DNA of 61,669 nucleotides, filler included, from Chiloscyllium plagiosum (GCF_004010195.1; 3 parts of one record of this genome joined end to end with filler, not necessarily neighbours in it), one strand, 5' to 3'; counted from the first letter of the whole stretch, positions 26,688-40,836 are shown. Notes: generated by a model from the sequence alone, not told the origin. Numbers and translations are program-made.

Positions 26688-27146
26688 AGGGTTGGAGGAT
26701 TTGAGCTATAGGGAGAGGCTGAACAGGCTGGGGCTGTTTTCCTTGGACCGTTGGAGGCTGAGGGGTGACCTTACAGAGGTTTATAAAATCATGAGGGGCA
26801 TGGATAGGGTAAATAGGCAAAGTCTTTTCCCTGGCGCGGGGGAGTCCAGACCTGGAAGGCATAGGTTTAGGGTGAGAGGGGAAAGATATAAAAGAGACCT
26901 AAGGGGCAACTTTTTCACACAGAGGGTGGTACGTGTATGGAATGAGCTGCCAGAGGATGTGGTGGAGTCTAATACAATTGCAACATTTAAGAGGCATTTG
27001 GATGGGTATATGAATAGGAAGGGTTTGGAGGGATTTGGGTCGGGTGATGGATGGTGGGACTAGATTGGGTTGGGATATCTGGTCGGCATAAACGGGTTGG
27101 ACCGAAGGGTCTGTTTCCATGCTGTACATCTCTATGACTCTATGAC
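26688..27146 (+). mobile_element. CR1 (HER1-like) LINE 3' fragment
   Basis: GLEDLSYRERLNRLGLFSL..RLRGDL...WNELP; tail ctctatgactctatgac. Confidence 0.95.
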
Positions 27147-28041
27147 CTAGTGTTAGTCAGCTGCCTTTACGTGCTTCTCTGTTTGCATTTCTAACACTCA
27201 CATAGCAAGATTTTAGACATCTGCTGAGTTCTCCATTTGTTTTTCTCTTTCTCCTTAACTCTGCCCATACTCCATTATTTATGCCCAGGGAAGAGCTGAG
27301 CCATAACACCATCACAAGTTTATTCCATTGTCTTGAAGTCCATGCACAGCATTCACCACTACACTCACTGTTCTAATTCCAAATGCCCAATTTTGTGCTC
27401 ACATCTCTTCATTTCATCTTTCTCTCAATCCAGCTATTTAACCTGTTCTTAATGTTGGTAAATTTAAACAGAAACTACAAATCAGAAGGAGGACCAGATT
27501 GTGCTGGAGTAATATAAAACTTCATGGAATCAAACCATGATGGTTATATTTCATTTTACATATGATATTTATTTTTCGTAAAACCATTTTGTTTTATGAA
27601 ATGCTTGGCCTGAAAATCTAATTTATTTCCAGGGGATGTTTTGTTAGTCCAGCCACCCTCCCCCGGGATACTATAAGTTAATGACATAGCCTAAGCTGAT
27701 CCCCCCAGTTCAGTACTGAGGGAATGCTATACTGTCAGAGGTGCTGTCTTTGCAATCGGGTGGTAAATGGAGCTTGGTGAGGTAGATTTTAATGATTCCA
27801 CAATATTGGTCAAGGAAGATCAAGGACTTGCTTTGATCAGGATCTCAACCAGAAATAGTTAAAATGGCTGAATTTTTCTTTGTCATTTTTTGCGTTGTTG
27901 CAAATAAACAATGTGCCCTTCAAAGTACTTTTTTTTGCAAGTGCATCCTTTTTGTGATCGATTTATAAATGGATACTTAATTTTATAAAGACAAATATTG
28001 CATATAAAAACAAAGAAGTTATGTTAAGCCTTAATAAATTA

Positions 28042-28181
28042 TTAGGCGAAAGTGAGGACTGCAGATGCTGGAGATTAGAGGTGAGAGTGTGATGCTGGAA
28101 AAGCACAACAGGTCAGGCAGCATCCGAGGAGCAGGAGAGTCAATATTTCAGGCAAAAGCCCTTCATCAGGATGAAGGGCTC
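28042..28181 (-). mobile_element. PLE-derived family A insertion with short inverted arm
   Basis: agcccttcat-cagg-atgaagggct hairpin at the ribozyme motif; TSD aataaatta at 28033-28041 and 28182-28190. Confidence 0.8.
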
Positions 28182-28199
28182 AATAAATTACTGCTTTGT

Positions 28200-28540
28200 C
28201 ATAGAATCCTTACTCTGGAAGCAGGTCATTCAGCCCATCGTGTGGACCATTCAGCCACACAAACCGTCTGAAATGAATCCCACCCAGACTCACCTCTATA
28301 ACTCTGCAGTTCCCATGGCTAACCAACCTAGCCTGCATATACCTGGACACTATAGGTAATTTAGCATGCCCAATCCACCTAATCTATGCATCTTTGGACT
28401 GTGGGAGGAAACTAGAGCACCCAAAGGTAATTCACGCAGACACAGGGAGAACATGCAAACTCCACACAGACAGTTGCTGAAGGTTGGAAATGAACTTGGA
28501 TCCCTAGTGCTGTGAGGTAGCAGTGCTAACCAATGATCTA
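28200..28540 (-). mobile_element. HE1-type V-SINE
   Basis: Similar to 13745-14070. Confidence 0.88.
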
Positions 28541-31496
28541 CTGTTACCTGAGCAAAAGTATTGATCCAAACTCTGAGCATCACACTTTAAACTGGATTTT
28601 AAGGCTTTGGGATGATTTCAGGGGAGATTTTATCACAAACATTCCCAGGGCTGAGGGACTTCAGCGTGGAGAATCTGAAAATGTGGGATTGTCTACAAAG
28701 AAAGAAGGTTAAGTGGTGATTTTAACAAAGTCATAGAGTCATAGAGATGTACTGCATGGAATCATGAAGGGTTTTGTTAGAATAGATAGGGAGAAACTGA
28801 TTCCAGTGGCAGATGTGTCTGTTACCAGTGGGGCACAAATTTAAAATCATTGACAAAAGAGTCAAAGGGGAAATAAGAGGTTTTTAAAGCAGTGAGATAT
28901 AATGATATGCCATATACTGCCAGTGCTGCTCAAGATTCTCCTTTTATATTGATCATTAACTTCAACAGCGCTCAGGGGAAAGTGTGGAAAGTGAATCATT
29001 CCCTCTCTGGGCTCAACAAAACTGGAAAAGATGTCACATGAAAACCTACAGGCCAAATATCTGTCTTAGTTGTTTGTTGATGTAAGTAATTTGTATAGAA
29101 CCAATACTAGAGCCTTACAGATATATACCCTTTCAGAAACCAGTGCAAAATGTAACTCTGACATGGCACTGTGAGGCATGTCGAATATTAGGGAAAATAT
29201 TAACCCAGATCCCTCAGTACATATTACAGCTCTTCAAAGCCAGTCAGTCCTCTGCTTCATTGCAATAACTGCATGGGTTGAAGAGTGGAATATTCACCAC
29301 AAGGTGTCAGGAAATCCATTCTCTGTTAAATCACATTTTGCTGACAGCATGAAGATCTTTGTGGTTGGGGACTTTGGTGACTAATTGGTGATAATGAAGA
29401 GGTTGAAGGTGTCTGAGATGGGCAGAATTCAGGCTGGTTGATCATCCCTCCCCCCGCGACCAGATACCAGATTCTGACTGATTAGCATTTAGCTCTTGCC
29501 CCTTAGCCAGTTTAGGATGCAGTAGATATAAAGTTACCGTGAAGTAATAGTTGCCTCAGCACTACGTTACGAAAGATCACTTGCAGTAACAAGCCTGTGT
29601 ACCAGGTATTAAGAATGATAGTGCCACATGCAATGATCATCAAACATCAAATTGTGAACTGGAGAGGAAATTTTAATAAAGAATTAAATGAAAATACTAC
29701 AGGTGTTGAAGATCTTGTTTCATTTCTGCTTAAAATGATACACCAGATGCTTTGTCCTGCCTAGTGAAACATTTATTTACGAGGAACATTTGCCGTGGCA
29801 CTAATTAATTCCCCAAAGAATGTACAGTATTTACTTCATAAGAATGGTCGCCAAACTGGAATATTCTGCATGTCACAGCACACTGTAATCAATGGCTTCC
29901 ATACCATTTGTTCAAATTAAGTTAGCTGAGTTGAATGGTTTTGGAAAAGGATGACTGTGCTGCAGTCTCAGGCAAGTTTCTGCTCGGTCACAAAATTATC
30001 CTGCATCATCCTGTATTTTCAGCACAGTGTAATACGTTTCTGGGCATCTTATACTGTTGACATAGTAATTCTGAACCTCATTGACGTATTTGCATTTGTG
30101 CACCATCTTAAAACTTTTTTTGCTGTCAGTGTTATAATGTTCTACTGTTATTGTTGGTCAACCTCTTGGGGTATGGCTTGGCCTTTCGAACCAGATTTCC
30201 TGCACATAAGTGCCTAATGTCCCGTGGTACCACATGCTTTACAGATATCAAGAATATTGTGGTAGGTAAAACAAATCACATCTGTTACAAATATTGTTGG
30301 TTTAGTAAACTTGCCTGACCTTAGCAATGGTGTTGGTTATACCTAAAGCATGTAATTGTTGTTGACCTGTCACTATGACTTCATATTTACTTTCAGTGCA
30401 GCTTAGAGGGAATGCTGATTATTTGTATCCACCAGTGGTTTGGCCATTTTTCTTACCTAAAAGATCTGCCTAAAATACTCTAATTGGTGTAAACATGATG
30501 ACTCAATGGGCAACTGAGTCAGTTCCCCTTTGGAAATTTCACACTTATACCCTTCACTGCAGCATCTACTGACTTTATGAAATGAGTTATCATCTATTCA
30601 TTCTGAAGTTAATTCTTAAATTATGCTGGTCTTCAAGAACATTCCATTTTTTTTCTAGTCATTCTTGGAAAGATCAGATGTGTTAATTCTGCAAAGACCT
30701 TCCTTTGCAATAGCAAGCAACATTTTTAGAACTACTTTCATGGGCTTATCTGTTGTTGATCTGGAAAATAAAACTGCATGCAATTTTAATTATAAGGAAA
30801 GGAAAATATGGCATTGAGATAGAGGACTAGCCCTGATTGTACTGAATGACTGAGCATTTTTGAAGGACAAAATATCCTATTCTATTCAGTAAATGTGTCG
30901 CTGGATGCTCAATCCATATTGAAGTTTCTGTTATCCATGATTCCCTTAAAAAATTGAACTGAACCACCTAAAACCATGTATCACTGATTTTATGTCAGTG
31001 AGAATTTGAAGAGTCTTTAAGAAAACAGACTACCATGAGAAACGTATATATTGACTGTCAGGAAGAAGTGTTTGTCCAGCAAATGTGTTTCTGTATTTTG
31101 TATTTCACTTCCCTGACTGTGTGTTTCAGCTCAAAAGTGCACCGCAGCTTTATTTTTCATTGTTTTAATGAAAGCAATCTTGGAAATTTCATTTGTCTTG
31201 AAGTAATATATATTCTAACCAAAAAGAAATTGATTCTGATTTCCTGGTCATTAATGCCTTATCTCTGAATCTGTACAGCTGTTTGTTGTCACAGCAAATG
31301 ATGCTACTTAAGAATTCACTTTTCACCAAAGATGCAGTCTGGTTGATTTTCAATTAGATTTCCAAATATCAACCACCAAAAAATAGTGGAGGCGATTATA
31401 GATGACTACTGCTGTTACCATGTCATGTGTTTGATACAAACAGGATATTTTTACCTTATCTAGCAGCACTTATGTTATCTCCTGTGGCATAAGAAA

Positions 31497-31627
31497 CTGG
31501 AGCTGAAAAATGTGTTGCTGGAAAAGTGCAGCAGGTCAGGCAGCATCCAAGGAGCAGGAGGATCGACATTTCAGGCATAAGCCCTTCTTCCTGATCTCCA
31601 GCATCTGCAGTCCTCACTTTCTCCTAA
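31497..31627. mobile_element. PLE-derived family A, inverted two-part insertion
   Basis: Minus-oriented segment up to gcataagcccttcttc, followed by plus-oriented tail tgatctccagcatctgcagtcctcactttctccta. Confidence 0.78.
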
Positions 31628-33894
31628 CTTATATTAGTGGCAGTTTGGTGTGAACAAATTGGTTACTGCATTTTCTTACATTAAAACAGAGGCTACACTC
31701 CCATAAACTCTATTGTTAATGAAACTTTTTGGGATGCCCCAAAAATGGGATATACTGTATAAATGCACATTCAATCCTTCTAAGAATTAGAGCCAATGTT
31801 AAATGTTAGTTATTGCTAATTTAATCCATCTGTTAAAACACGATTTAAAATAAAGGCAAGAAATTCAAAGATCTCAAATAATTTCACATAATTCATTATC
31901 ATAAAATAATATTATGCAAATCTGGTAAGATATTAATAGGTGCCATTAGGCTGTATTGGGTAGCAACTAAAATCATCACAGACTCTGTTACCTTGGAAAC
32001 ACTCATCTGTCGAGAATCCTCTGTGAGGCTTTGTGCTGTTTGCTTTCTCATTAATGAATAATTTTGAAATTTCTGAAGATGACAGGAACAACAGCTTGTA
32101 TTTATTAGTGCTTTTAATATAACAAAAATGTCTGTAGATGCTTCACAGGAATGTTATCAAATTTTGTGAGCCAAGCCACCTGTCAGGACAAGTGATCGGA
32201 AGCTTTGTCAAAGAGGTAGGTTTAAAGGATTATCCTAAAGAAGGAGAGAGAGAATTGCAAAGTGAAAAGGTTTAGGGAGGGAATTCTTGAGCATAAGGCC
32301 TAGGGAGCTATAAGAATAGCCACCAATGGTGAAGTGATCAAAATTGGAGATGGTGGTGGGAGAGACAAAGAGTAACTCAGGGGACTGTGGCGATGAGTCC
32401 ATGGAGGGATTTGTGAACAAAGATTTTAAATTAGAAGCATTGGTGCATCAGGAGACAATGTAGATCAGCAAACACAAGGATAATTGGGACAGGATGATAA
32501 GAAAGGACATGAGAAGCTCAACTCAGAGACAAGAAGGACAATGAGTTGGTGAAGAGTATGGTTCAGCTTCAGTCTACATGGAATCATCCGGAATTAAGAG
32601 AGTTTATACAGCAGGTACCAACACATGACATTGTGAATAAACATATGGCATGTGCGAAAAATAGAAATGTTTGAAGTGGATTATGTTATAGAGCTGGCGG
32701 GCTGTGATTTTATTATTGAGATTGTGAGCTGAGTGATCTGCTTCAAAATGAAGTAAGCTGAATGAAATCACAGCTGTGACAATGATAAGTCCTTTACTGC
32801 ATTAAACACCCTAAATGGATACGGAAAGTGATACACAAACTCTAACTTCCACCCTGTACAACCGGACTGCAAGTCAAATTGATGAGATATGCAGTGGAGT
32901 TTCCTGTACCCTCACTATCAGCTGAGGCCCTGCCGACTCAGCTTCCAACAATCTCCACATCCCTGTACCTCCTTACACCCATTCACCATGCCTCCCCCAT
33001 GTGGGTGCAACCTCCACATACACCCCATTCACTGTTATAGCTCACTGGAATATGGGAATCAGTGAGTGACTGCTCTGAATCAATGGACATATCAGAGGTT
33101 ATGGAATCAGGGAGTGAGGCATGCGATGATGGTGCTGTTTATTCTGACAATTAATCTGAATTATCGTTCAGAGGCCGGGAGGTGACTGAGACAGTTTTAT
33201 ATGTGTGTGTGTGACTTCAGTCCCAGAGCAGCATGACTCACTCCTGACTGATGCAAGTCCCTCATCTGTAGTTGAATGGTGAAGGACATTAAATGGTGGT
33301 CTTGCCCACAACAGCCTATATTCCCTGCATGGGGATAATTCTCAGTGAACATTCCCACATCTACCATAATATTTCCTGTTATTACAGTCCATTCCATTTG
33401 AGCTTTCACTCAAATGCATCACATTTTACATAGTTATCTGACAGGTTTGTATCCTTTAATTGACAATATTGCAAAAGTTTCTCCTTGACTGACACTAAGT
33501 AAGAAATGTTAACCCTGTTCAAAATACCATCCATATTTAGTGCTGCACATGTACTCCTATATTACATTGAGATCTGGACTGTATATCATTGACACAAAGA
33601 GCGCTAGACAAATTCCACTGGTAATGTCATCACCTCATTCTCCAGATTCAGTGGGAGGATTGCCCTTCATGAAACATTCAATCAGCGCACCCACAAAACC
33701 AACTATGCTGAACTGAACTCTGTGTCCACATGACTGAAAAGTGTATCCCCCATGAGGTCCTGATCTCTCAATTTTCAAATGGCTATTATTCCAGGGAAGG
33801 ACAAAGGAACCGCGACAAAGGCACTCTGTAGCTCTCTCTGTCCCCAGTGTTGTGAAGGATGAGTCTGGCCTTGTTGCTGCAGAATTCTTCAAGT

Positions 33895-34770
33895 AGCTGG
33901 ACCATTTCACATCACCTGCCCTTCACGCAGAAATTTGCAAAGCAAAACACCTTTGACCACAAGTCCATCAGCAAGTGGTCAGTATGTAATGTCCTTGACG
34001 CCCTCCCTGAAAAGGAGGGGATGGATCCTATCATGTGGTTTCCTGAGCAGGCTACCAAAATCATTTGGCAGAAATCTTCATCACCAGAACTTTCCAACAA
34101 GCACCAAGACATTGTTTGGTTGATGGTGAGAATCTATCTTGTACACCGGTCATTCTGTGCCACTGCACACTGCCCTCAAAGCAGCTGCAGCAGAGGGGGT
34201 GGGGGGGTGGTTGAGACAATCACACATCTCCTGATGGAATATGCCTTTGCAAAGTAAGTCTGGAGAAAGATTCAGTGGCTTTTGTTAAGGTTTGTCCCTA
34301 GCAGCTCTGTGACACAGACTCTGTTCTACGGCTGTTCCCCTGGACATACACCGAGACAAACATTGACTGCACGTGGAGGACCATCAACTCAGAGAAAGAC
34401 GCTCTTTGGTCTGCCTGAAACTTGTTGATCTTCCAGAACAAGGAATTGACCTTAACTGAGTGTTGCAGATGGCACATTCCAAGGTCCAGGATTACATATG
34501 GAATGATGCACTAAAGCCTGGGGCAGGTTCCGTCAAGACTCAGTGGGGAAAGACCACGGTATGAGGCCTTCCTGCTGACATTAAGTAGTTATTACACCTT
34601 CCTGGTATATCAAGTGCATGTAAATATAGTCTGGTTCAAGTGAGAGATGCCTTTTGTGTGTTTGGATACCCCAAAACTCCAAATTTTGTTTGTTTCCTTG
34701 ATATGCTACTGTACAGAACCAACCTATATTTGTAACTATGAATAAAGTATATTTTAACATTTTAAAAAAC
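33895..34770 (+). mobile_element. Tx1-clade (L1-like) LINE 3' end
   Basis: ORF 33859-34257 IWQKSSSPELSNKHQDIVWLMVR...CPQSSC...ETITHLL (zf-RVT CCHC region); aataaa plus A-tract at 34741-34769. Confidence 0.85.
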
Positions 34771-35257
34771 TCTGTACCTCTCTTTGAAGTGCAGCTGCAT
34801 TGACATCAATGACTGGGAGGAGTTTGCTACCAGTTATTCAAAATGGTGGCAACTTATTTCTCAAACAGCATCACACTTTGAGTCATATTGCCTTAATGAT
34901 GAGGCGGAATGATGGTAGAGAAGGAAGGGAAAGGAAAAGAATCCTGATCACCACATTCTGCTGTCTCATGGGATGTCCTACCTCAGGCAACCAAACATCT
35001 GCACAATAGACAATAGGTCCAGGAGTAGGCCATTCAGCCCTTCGAGCCTGCACATCATGGAATGACCTGCTCGGTAACATAAAAATCCTTTACCAAAACT
35101 TATGACCCTGAGAAAATATCACCCACAATTCAACAGCTAGTGACAATGACCTATTCAGTCTTTGCTTTTCTTACGTCTGAAAATGCGGTCTTAGTTCTGA
35201 ACACTTGATAAGATGTTTAATGTGTTTTCAAGACATCTTGGATGCCCCTGCTGAGGA

Positions 35258-35575
35258 TAGAATCTTAGCACCCCTATAATGTGAAAGCAAGCCAATCGGT
35301 CCATCAAGTCCACATCGACCCATCTGAAGAGCATTCCACCTAGACCCATTTCCCTACCCTATTGCACTTCCCATGACGAATCCAATTAGCCTGCATATCC
35401 CCGGACACTATAAACAATTTAGCACAGCCAATCCACCTAAGCTGCATATCTTTGGACTGTGGGAGGAAACCAGAGCACCCAGAGGAAACCCATGCAGATG
35501 CAGGGAGCATGTGCAGGTTCCACACAGACAGTTATCCCAGTGTACAATCAAACCCAGGTCCCTGGCACTGTGAAC
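35258..35575 (-). mobile_element. HE1-type V-SINE
   Basis: V-domain ttggactgtgggaggaaaccagagcacccagaggaaaccca. Confidence 0.85.
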
Positions 35576-36752
35576 CCTAGGCACAATTGATAATTAATTT
35601 GAGGAGGGCTTGCTGTTCAGCAGGGAGTGCTTCAGCATCTGAGCCTGAAGCTCTGAATTTAAGTTCAGCTCCAAGACGGTCTGGTCACAAGAGAAGTGTT
35701 TGTAATGCATTTCAATCAGATTGATAATCATCCTGTTAGTTCCCTAAAGTGAAACAAGTATATTTGAAAATACCAAACCCACATTAGTTAATAGAAGCGA
35801 CAGATAGGACCTGATTATCTGAGTTGGACGATCAGGCAATTTGCTGCTTATCAGTTCCATTTTTCTTATTAAAGTGTTAGGATTTCTGTCTTGTAATGAA
35901 AGACATTTATATAACACCTTTTACAGCCTCGGAATAATCAAAAGTGTTCCACAGCCAATGAAGTGGCTTTGAAGTGCCTTCACTGTTATCATGTAGGAAT
36001 TGCAGCAGCTAATTTGTCCACATCAAGCTCCCTAAAGTATGATTACAACCAGAGAATCTGCTTTTATGATGGAACAAATATTAACCAGGATACCGATGTG
36101 AACTCCTCTGCTCAACTTTAAATAGTATGTGAGATATTTTATGCCCACCTGACAGAGCAGATGGAACCTCTGCTTAATGTCTCATTTAAAAGATGTCAGC
36201 TCTAACACTGCAAATTTCCTTCTGAGAATCCCACAGCATAGCATTTACTCAGTAATACCACAGGGAGTATCAGCCCATACTCTGTACTCAAATCTCTGGA
36301 ATGGACTTGAACTCATGCCTTTCTGCCTCAAAGGTTAGCAGGCTACCCACTGACTAACTTCCTTCCTGAAATCTGCTGGTAATTAAGATCCCCCCTTACC
36401 CCTTATACACAGTGCGCCAGCTATTACTTTGTTGGTTTGGTTTCTCAGGATAAGGTCACTAGATCAGAATTGAGAGAGTTGATCAACTAAGATTCTGTTG
36501 AATGGGGAAGCAGGGTTAAAAGGACAAATGGTGTTCCCCAGCTTATATTTTTCACTTTAAGTTCTTAGTCAAAATGTCTTTCTGCGCAATTCTTTGAAAT
36601 TGGAAGAACAAGGTGAGAGTGCTGTTAAAAAGATGAATGTGATCCATGACATTTTCAATAGAGAAAGAATAAAAATGCAGAATGTGATATATTGGTTATG
36701 TCTCAGCTAGATCATTGTACACAATTCTGTACAGCCTACATTAAGAAAAGAC

Positions 36753-37563
36753 GGAGTTCAATTTAGATACATGTGAGGTGCTGCATTTTGGGAAAGCAAA
36801 TCTTAGCAGGACTTACACACTTAATGGTAAGGTCCTAGGGAGTGTTGCTGAACAAAGGGACCTTGGAGTGCAGGTTCATAACTCCTTGAAAGTGGAGTCG
36901 CAGGTAGATAGGATAGTGAAGAAGGCGTTTGGTATGCTTTCCTTTATTGGTCAGAGTATTGAGTACAGGAGTTGAGAGGTCATGTTGCGGCTGTACAGGA
37001 CATTGGTTAGGCCACTGTTGGAATATTGTGTGTAATTCTGGTTTTCTTCCTATCAGAAGGATGTTGTGAAACTTGAAAGGGTTCAGAAAAGGTTTACAAA
37101 GATGTTGCCAGGATTGGAGGATTTGAGCTTTAGGGAGAGGTTGAATAGGCTGGGGCTGTTTTCCCTGGAGCGTCGGAGGCTGAGGGGTGACCTCATAGAG
37201 GTCTATAAAATCATGAGGGGCATGAATAGGATGAATAGACAAAGTCTTTTCCCTGGGGTGGGGGAGTCCAGAACTAGAGGGCATAGGTTTAGGTTGAGAG
37301 TGGGAAAGATATAAAAGAGACCTAAGGACAACATTTTTACGCAGAGGGTGGTGCGTGTATGGAATAAGCTGCCAGACGAAGTGGTGGAGGCTGGTACAAT
37401 TGCAACATTTAAGAGGCATTTGGATGGGTATATGAATCGGGAGGGTTTGGATGGAGATGGGCCAGGTGCTAGCAGGTGGGACTAGATTGGGTTGAGATAG
37501 CTGGTCAGCATGGACGAGTGGGACCGAAGGGTGTGTTTACATGCTGTACATCTCTATGATTCT
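36753..37563 (+). mobile_element. CR1 (HER1-like) LINE 3' portion
   Basis: ORFs 36778-36975 and 37066-37314 match CR1 ORF2 C-terminus; flanked by older CR1 remnants. Confidence 0.95.
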
Positions 37564-37567
37564 AAAA

Positions 37568-37770
37568 GTGTCAAAGAGTGTGATGCTGGAAAGGCACAGC
37601 TGGTCAGGAAGCATCCAAGAAACAGGAGAATCAGGAATGAGGCTGATGGAGGGCTTATGCCAGAAATGTTGACTCTCCTGCTCCTCTGATGCTGCCTGAC
37701 CAGCTGTGCTTTTCCAGCATCACACTCTTTGACTCTGATTCTAGCATCTACAGTCCTCACTTTCTCCTAT
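37568..37770. mobile_element. Palindromic PLE-derived family A insertion
   Basis: tcaaagagtgtgatgctggaaaggcacagctggtcagg is inverted to cctgaccagctgtgcttttccagcatcacactctttga; decayed hammerhead ctgatggagggcttatgccagaaatgtt. Confidence 0.8.
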
Positions 37771-39539
37771 TAAGAAAAGTGCCAAGGCTAGGAGCAGCTG
37801 CAGAGAATATTTACTGGAATGGGCATGAAAGAGTTAATGTTTGGATTATATTTAACTCAACCCCTTCGTATGACATTACATTCAGTCCTTAATAAAGACA
37901 ATGAGTTTGACACTAGCTTTCAGCGGGTGCAGATGTTAGCAACACAGCTCCCAAGAATCCGGTAAATATGTCTGATTAGTTAAGTTCTTTTGCTTTGTGC
38001 TACCACGCAAAAGCTATCATATTAACTGACAACATTGTCTCTTTCATAAAGAAGTGGTGTATCCTCTGCCAAACTGATCATTTGGCAGGTCCTAGACAAA
38101 GGACGATTAGTGGCAGTGAACAACTGAACTACAAATTGGCAGAGATGGTAAGATGGCATCAAGTGCCATTAGAGGTAATCAGGGTGATGGTTTCACTGAG
38201 TAAATAAGGACAAATTACTTCCACAGGCAAATGGTTTGATAATCAGATTTCACTGATTGAAGGTGATTGGACAAGAGAGGGACATGGGAAGAAATCTTTT
38301 TACAGTGAATTGTGATCTGGAATGTACTGCATGAAAATGTCATCACTTCAATAGGAACTTTGAAAAGGAAATTAGAAAATTCAGGGGAAAATGCAAGACT
38401 ATGAAGAAAGAGCAGAAGAGTGGATCTAATTAGAGAGTCTTTCAAAGAGTCTGTATAGATCTATTGACCCAAGTAGCCTTCTTGGTGCCATATCATTCCG
38501 TCATTATATAAATGCTTTGACCTAGCATCGTATTTCCAGGGCAATTTAGGAGGAAGCCATCCTAATGGGGCAGCTTTCTTCTGTCCCAGTACTTGGTGAC
38601 ATTGTCCCATGAAGTGGAACTCTTCCTTTCTTGAACATAAATCTTTCTGATACACACACACGCACATGCACACACAAAATACATGTCCAAGCTTTCTTGA
38701 TCACAGAGAGTTCTCTTAAAAATAAGCTGCTTTGATATTTTCCTCTGTGGAAATCTTTGTTCTATCTAGCTAAATTGAGACCACCATATGGAAGAAGTTA
38801 TGGAGATACCCATCATGTTGGCACTGCAATGCTCAGTACAAAAATGCTCCAATATGGAATTCCAGCATCATTTCAATCTGAAGGAACTCATATTTCCACT
38901 TGCACCAAAGATGGCTAAGCATCACTGGCTTCCAACATCAGATAGTGCAAAGATGATCTGTCCTGGCTTTGTATACAGATGATACCCTGGGACACAGTGG
39001 CAGAATTTGTTTAAACATTTTGTGTGAGGCTTACTTCACTGACTAGATATTAGATCAATTTCTGTCAGCTTCCTAGACTGTCATTCTAAAATAATTGTTA
39101 TTTTAAGCTTCTGATGAGCAACCAAAAGATATGATTAACCTTGAATATTTGTGCTATAATTTTCAGATGATCTTTTTTTCACTGACATTTCAAGCTTCAA
39201 GATGAAGTGTTTTGGTACTTAATGGGATAGGAATTCATAACATCTTCACCAACCAATTAAATTATCCTCATCACTCTGTCACTACCACTTTTCCAGATGC
39301 GTTTTTGAAATAACCAACTATCATTATCATGAACATTTATTTATTTAATGACCAATGTATCTGGGGGTGGAATTGTGTAAATTATAATGATTAACTATTC
39401 CTTAATCATAGATTTCATTCATAAGAAGAAATCTGGAAATGGAATAATTATCTCGGCATTTCAAAAGAAAGGAATCATGAATAAATGAGCATTAAATAAC
39501 TTCGATGACATTTTCTATAATATCCAGCTTTTTTTAATG

Positions 39540-40205
39540 AGTGCATGTGATGTGGGTGTTGCTGGCATTTATTTTGCATCCCCAATTGCTCTTCAGAGGA
39601 TGATGGTGAGTTGATTCTTGAACTGGCAGTCCTCAGGGTATAGGAACACTCATGCTCTGTTCGAAAGGGAATTTCAGCAATTTGATCGAACGACACTGAG
39701 GTATGGTGATATATATCCAAATCAGAATGGAGAAGAACTTACAGATGGTGGCATTAACATGCAGCCCTTGCCTTTATGGATAGCGGGGTCTCTAGTCTGG
39801 AGGACCCTTGGTGAGTCATTGCAATGCATCATATGGATGATACACATATCACCATGCAGCAGCGATGTTGTAAATGTTGGTATGATGGATGTGAAGTCAA
39901 TTAAACAGGCTACTTCATCCTGAATGGTGTCAAACCTACTGAATGTTGTTGGAGCTACACTTATCCAGGCAATTGGGGAAATTCCATTATACTCCTTGTA
40001 GATGGGAGATAGGCTTCTGGGATTTAGGAGATGAATGATGATGGTAAAATTCTTAGCCTCTAACTTGTTCTTGTAGCCAAAATATTTATATGGTCAGTCC
40101 ACTTTCTGGTCAATGGTGATACCTCCCCCCTCCACCACCCCCCCGGATCTTTATAGTGAAGGATTTGATGATGGTAATGCCATTGAACATCAAGGGGCAA
40201 TGCAT
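39540..40205 (-). mobile_element. Old LINE (second family) 3' region
   Basis: 39900-40200 is similar to 19380-19690. Confidence 0.65.
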
Positions 40206-40319
40206 AGTGTAACTTTGCACTGGGGCAGCATGCTGGAAATCAAACCCATTATTTCTGGCATTAACACAAACGTTAAGGAATTTTATCAAAGTTTATGCTG
40301 TCTATGGCTTATATAATAA

Positions 40320-40446
40320 AACTAAGAACTGTGGGTGCTGAATATATGAAACAAAAACAGAAATAGCTGGAGAAACTCAACAGGTCTGGCATCATCTATG
40401 GAGAGAAAGCAGAGTTAACATTTTGATCGAGTGACCCTTTTTCAGG
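40320..40446 (-). mobile_element. PLE-derived family C fragment
   Basis: aaaacagaaatagctggagaaactc...gagttaacatttt...tcagg; same family as 42858-42965 and 44772-44860. Confidence 0.65.
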
Positions 40447-40636
40447 AATCCCATGGCCTGATGATGATAGAAGATGGAGGTCAAGCTTGGTCATGAGGAA
40501 ACAGATTAAAATTGAATGTAATTCTGCTGTTGTTGATAACCCACAATATCTCTTATGTTTTAGGTTTCAAGCTACTATAAACCTATCCCACTTAGCATGG
40601 TGCTTGTGCCACATAATACCATGGATGTTGTCCTCA

Positions 40637-40836
40637 GGGTTGAAAAATGTGGTGCTGGAAAAACACAGCAGGCCAGAAAAGAACCTGCAGGAAGAAGGGC
40701 TTATTCCCGAAACGTCGATTCTCCTGCTCCTGCTTCCCAGCTTCAAAATCTCCTTGGATGCTGCCTGAACTGCTGTGCTCTTCCAGCACCACTAATCCAG
40801 AATCTGGTTTCCAGCATCTGCAGTCATTGTTTTTAC
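40637..40836. mobile_element. PLE-derived family A inverted insertion
   Basis: gtggtgctggaa...cacagca is inverted to tgctgtgctcttccagcaccac; retains gaagggcttattcccgaaacgtcga. Confidence 0.78.

Larger units (their letters stand above)
16990..27450 (-). mobile_element. Very old retrovirus-like pol fossil (RT ghost - RNase H - integrase), split by younger insertions
   Basis: Collinear minus-strand motifs: YFTDG (24886-24900), TELSIAL (19141-19161), SDSK (19090-19101), QVWFP...CIHC (18873-18801), WVIK..LGPWNNP..ATPH (~17205-17115); faint QG/YxDD ghosts at ~26550/26460. Only the segments between younger repeats belong to it. Confidence 0.45.

Noticed and set aside
26467..27063. 198-aa ORF as a host gene
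   Set aside because: Chance fusion of flanking sequence with a CR1 ORF2 C-terminal fragment.
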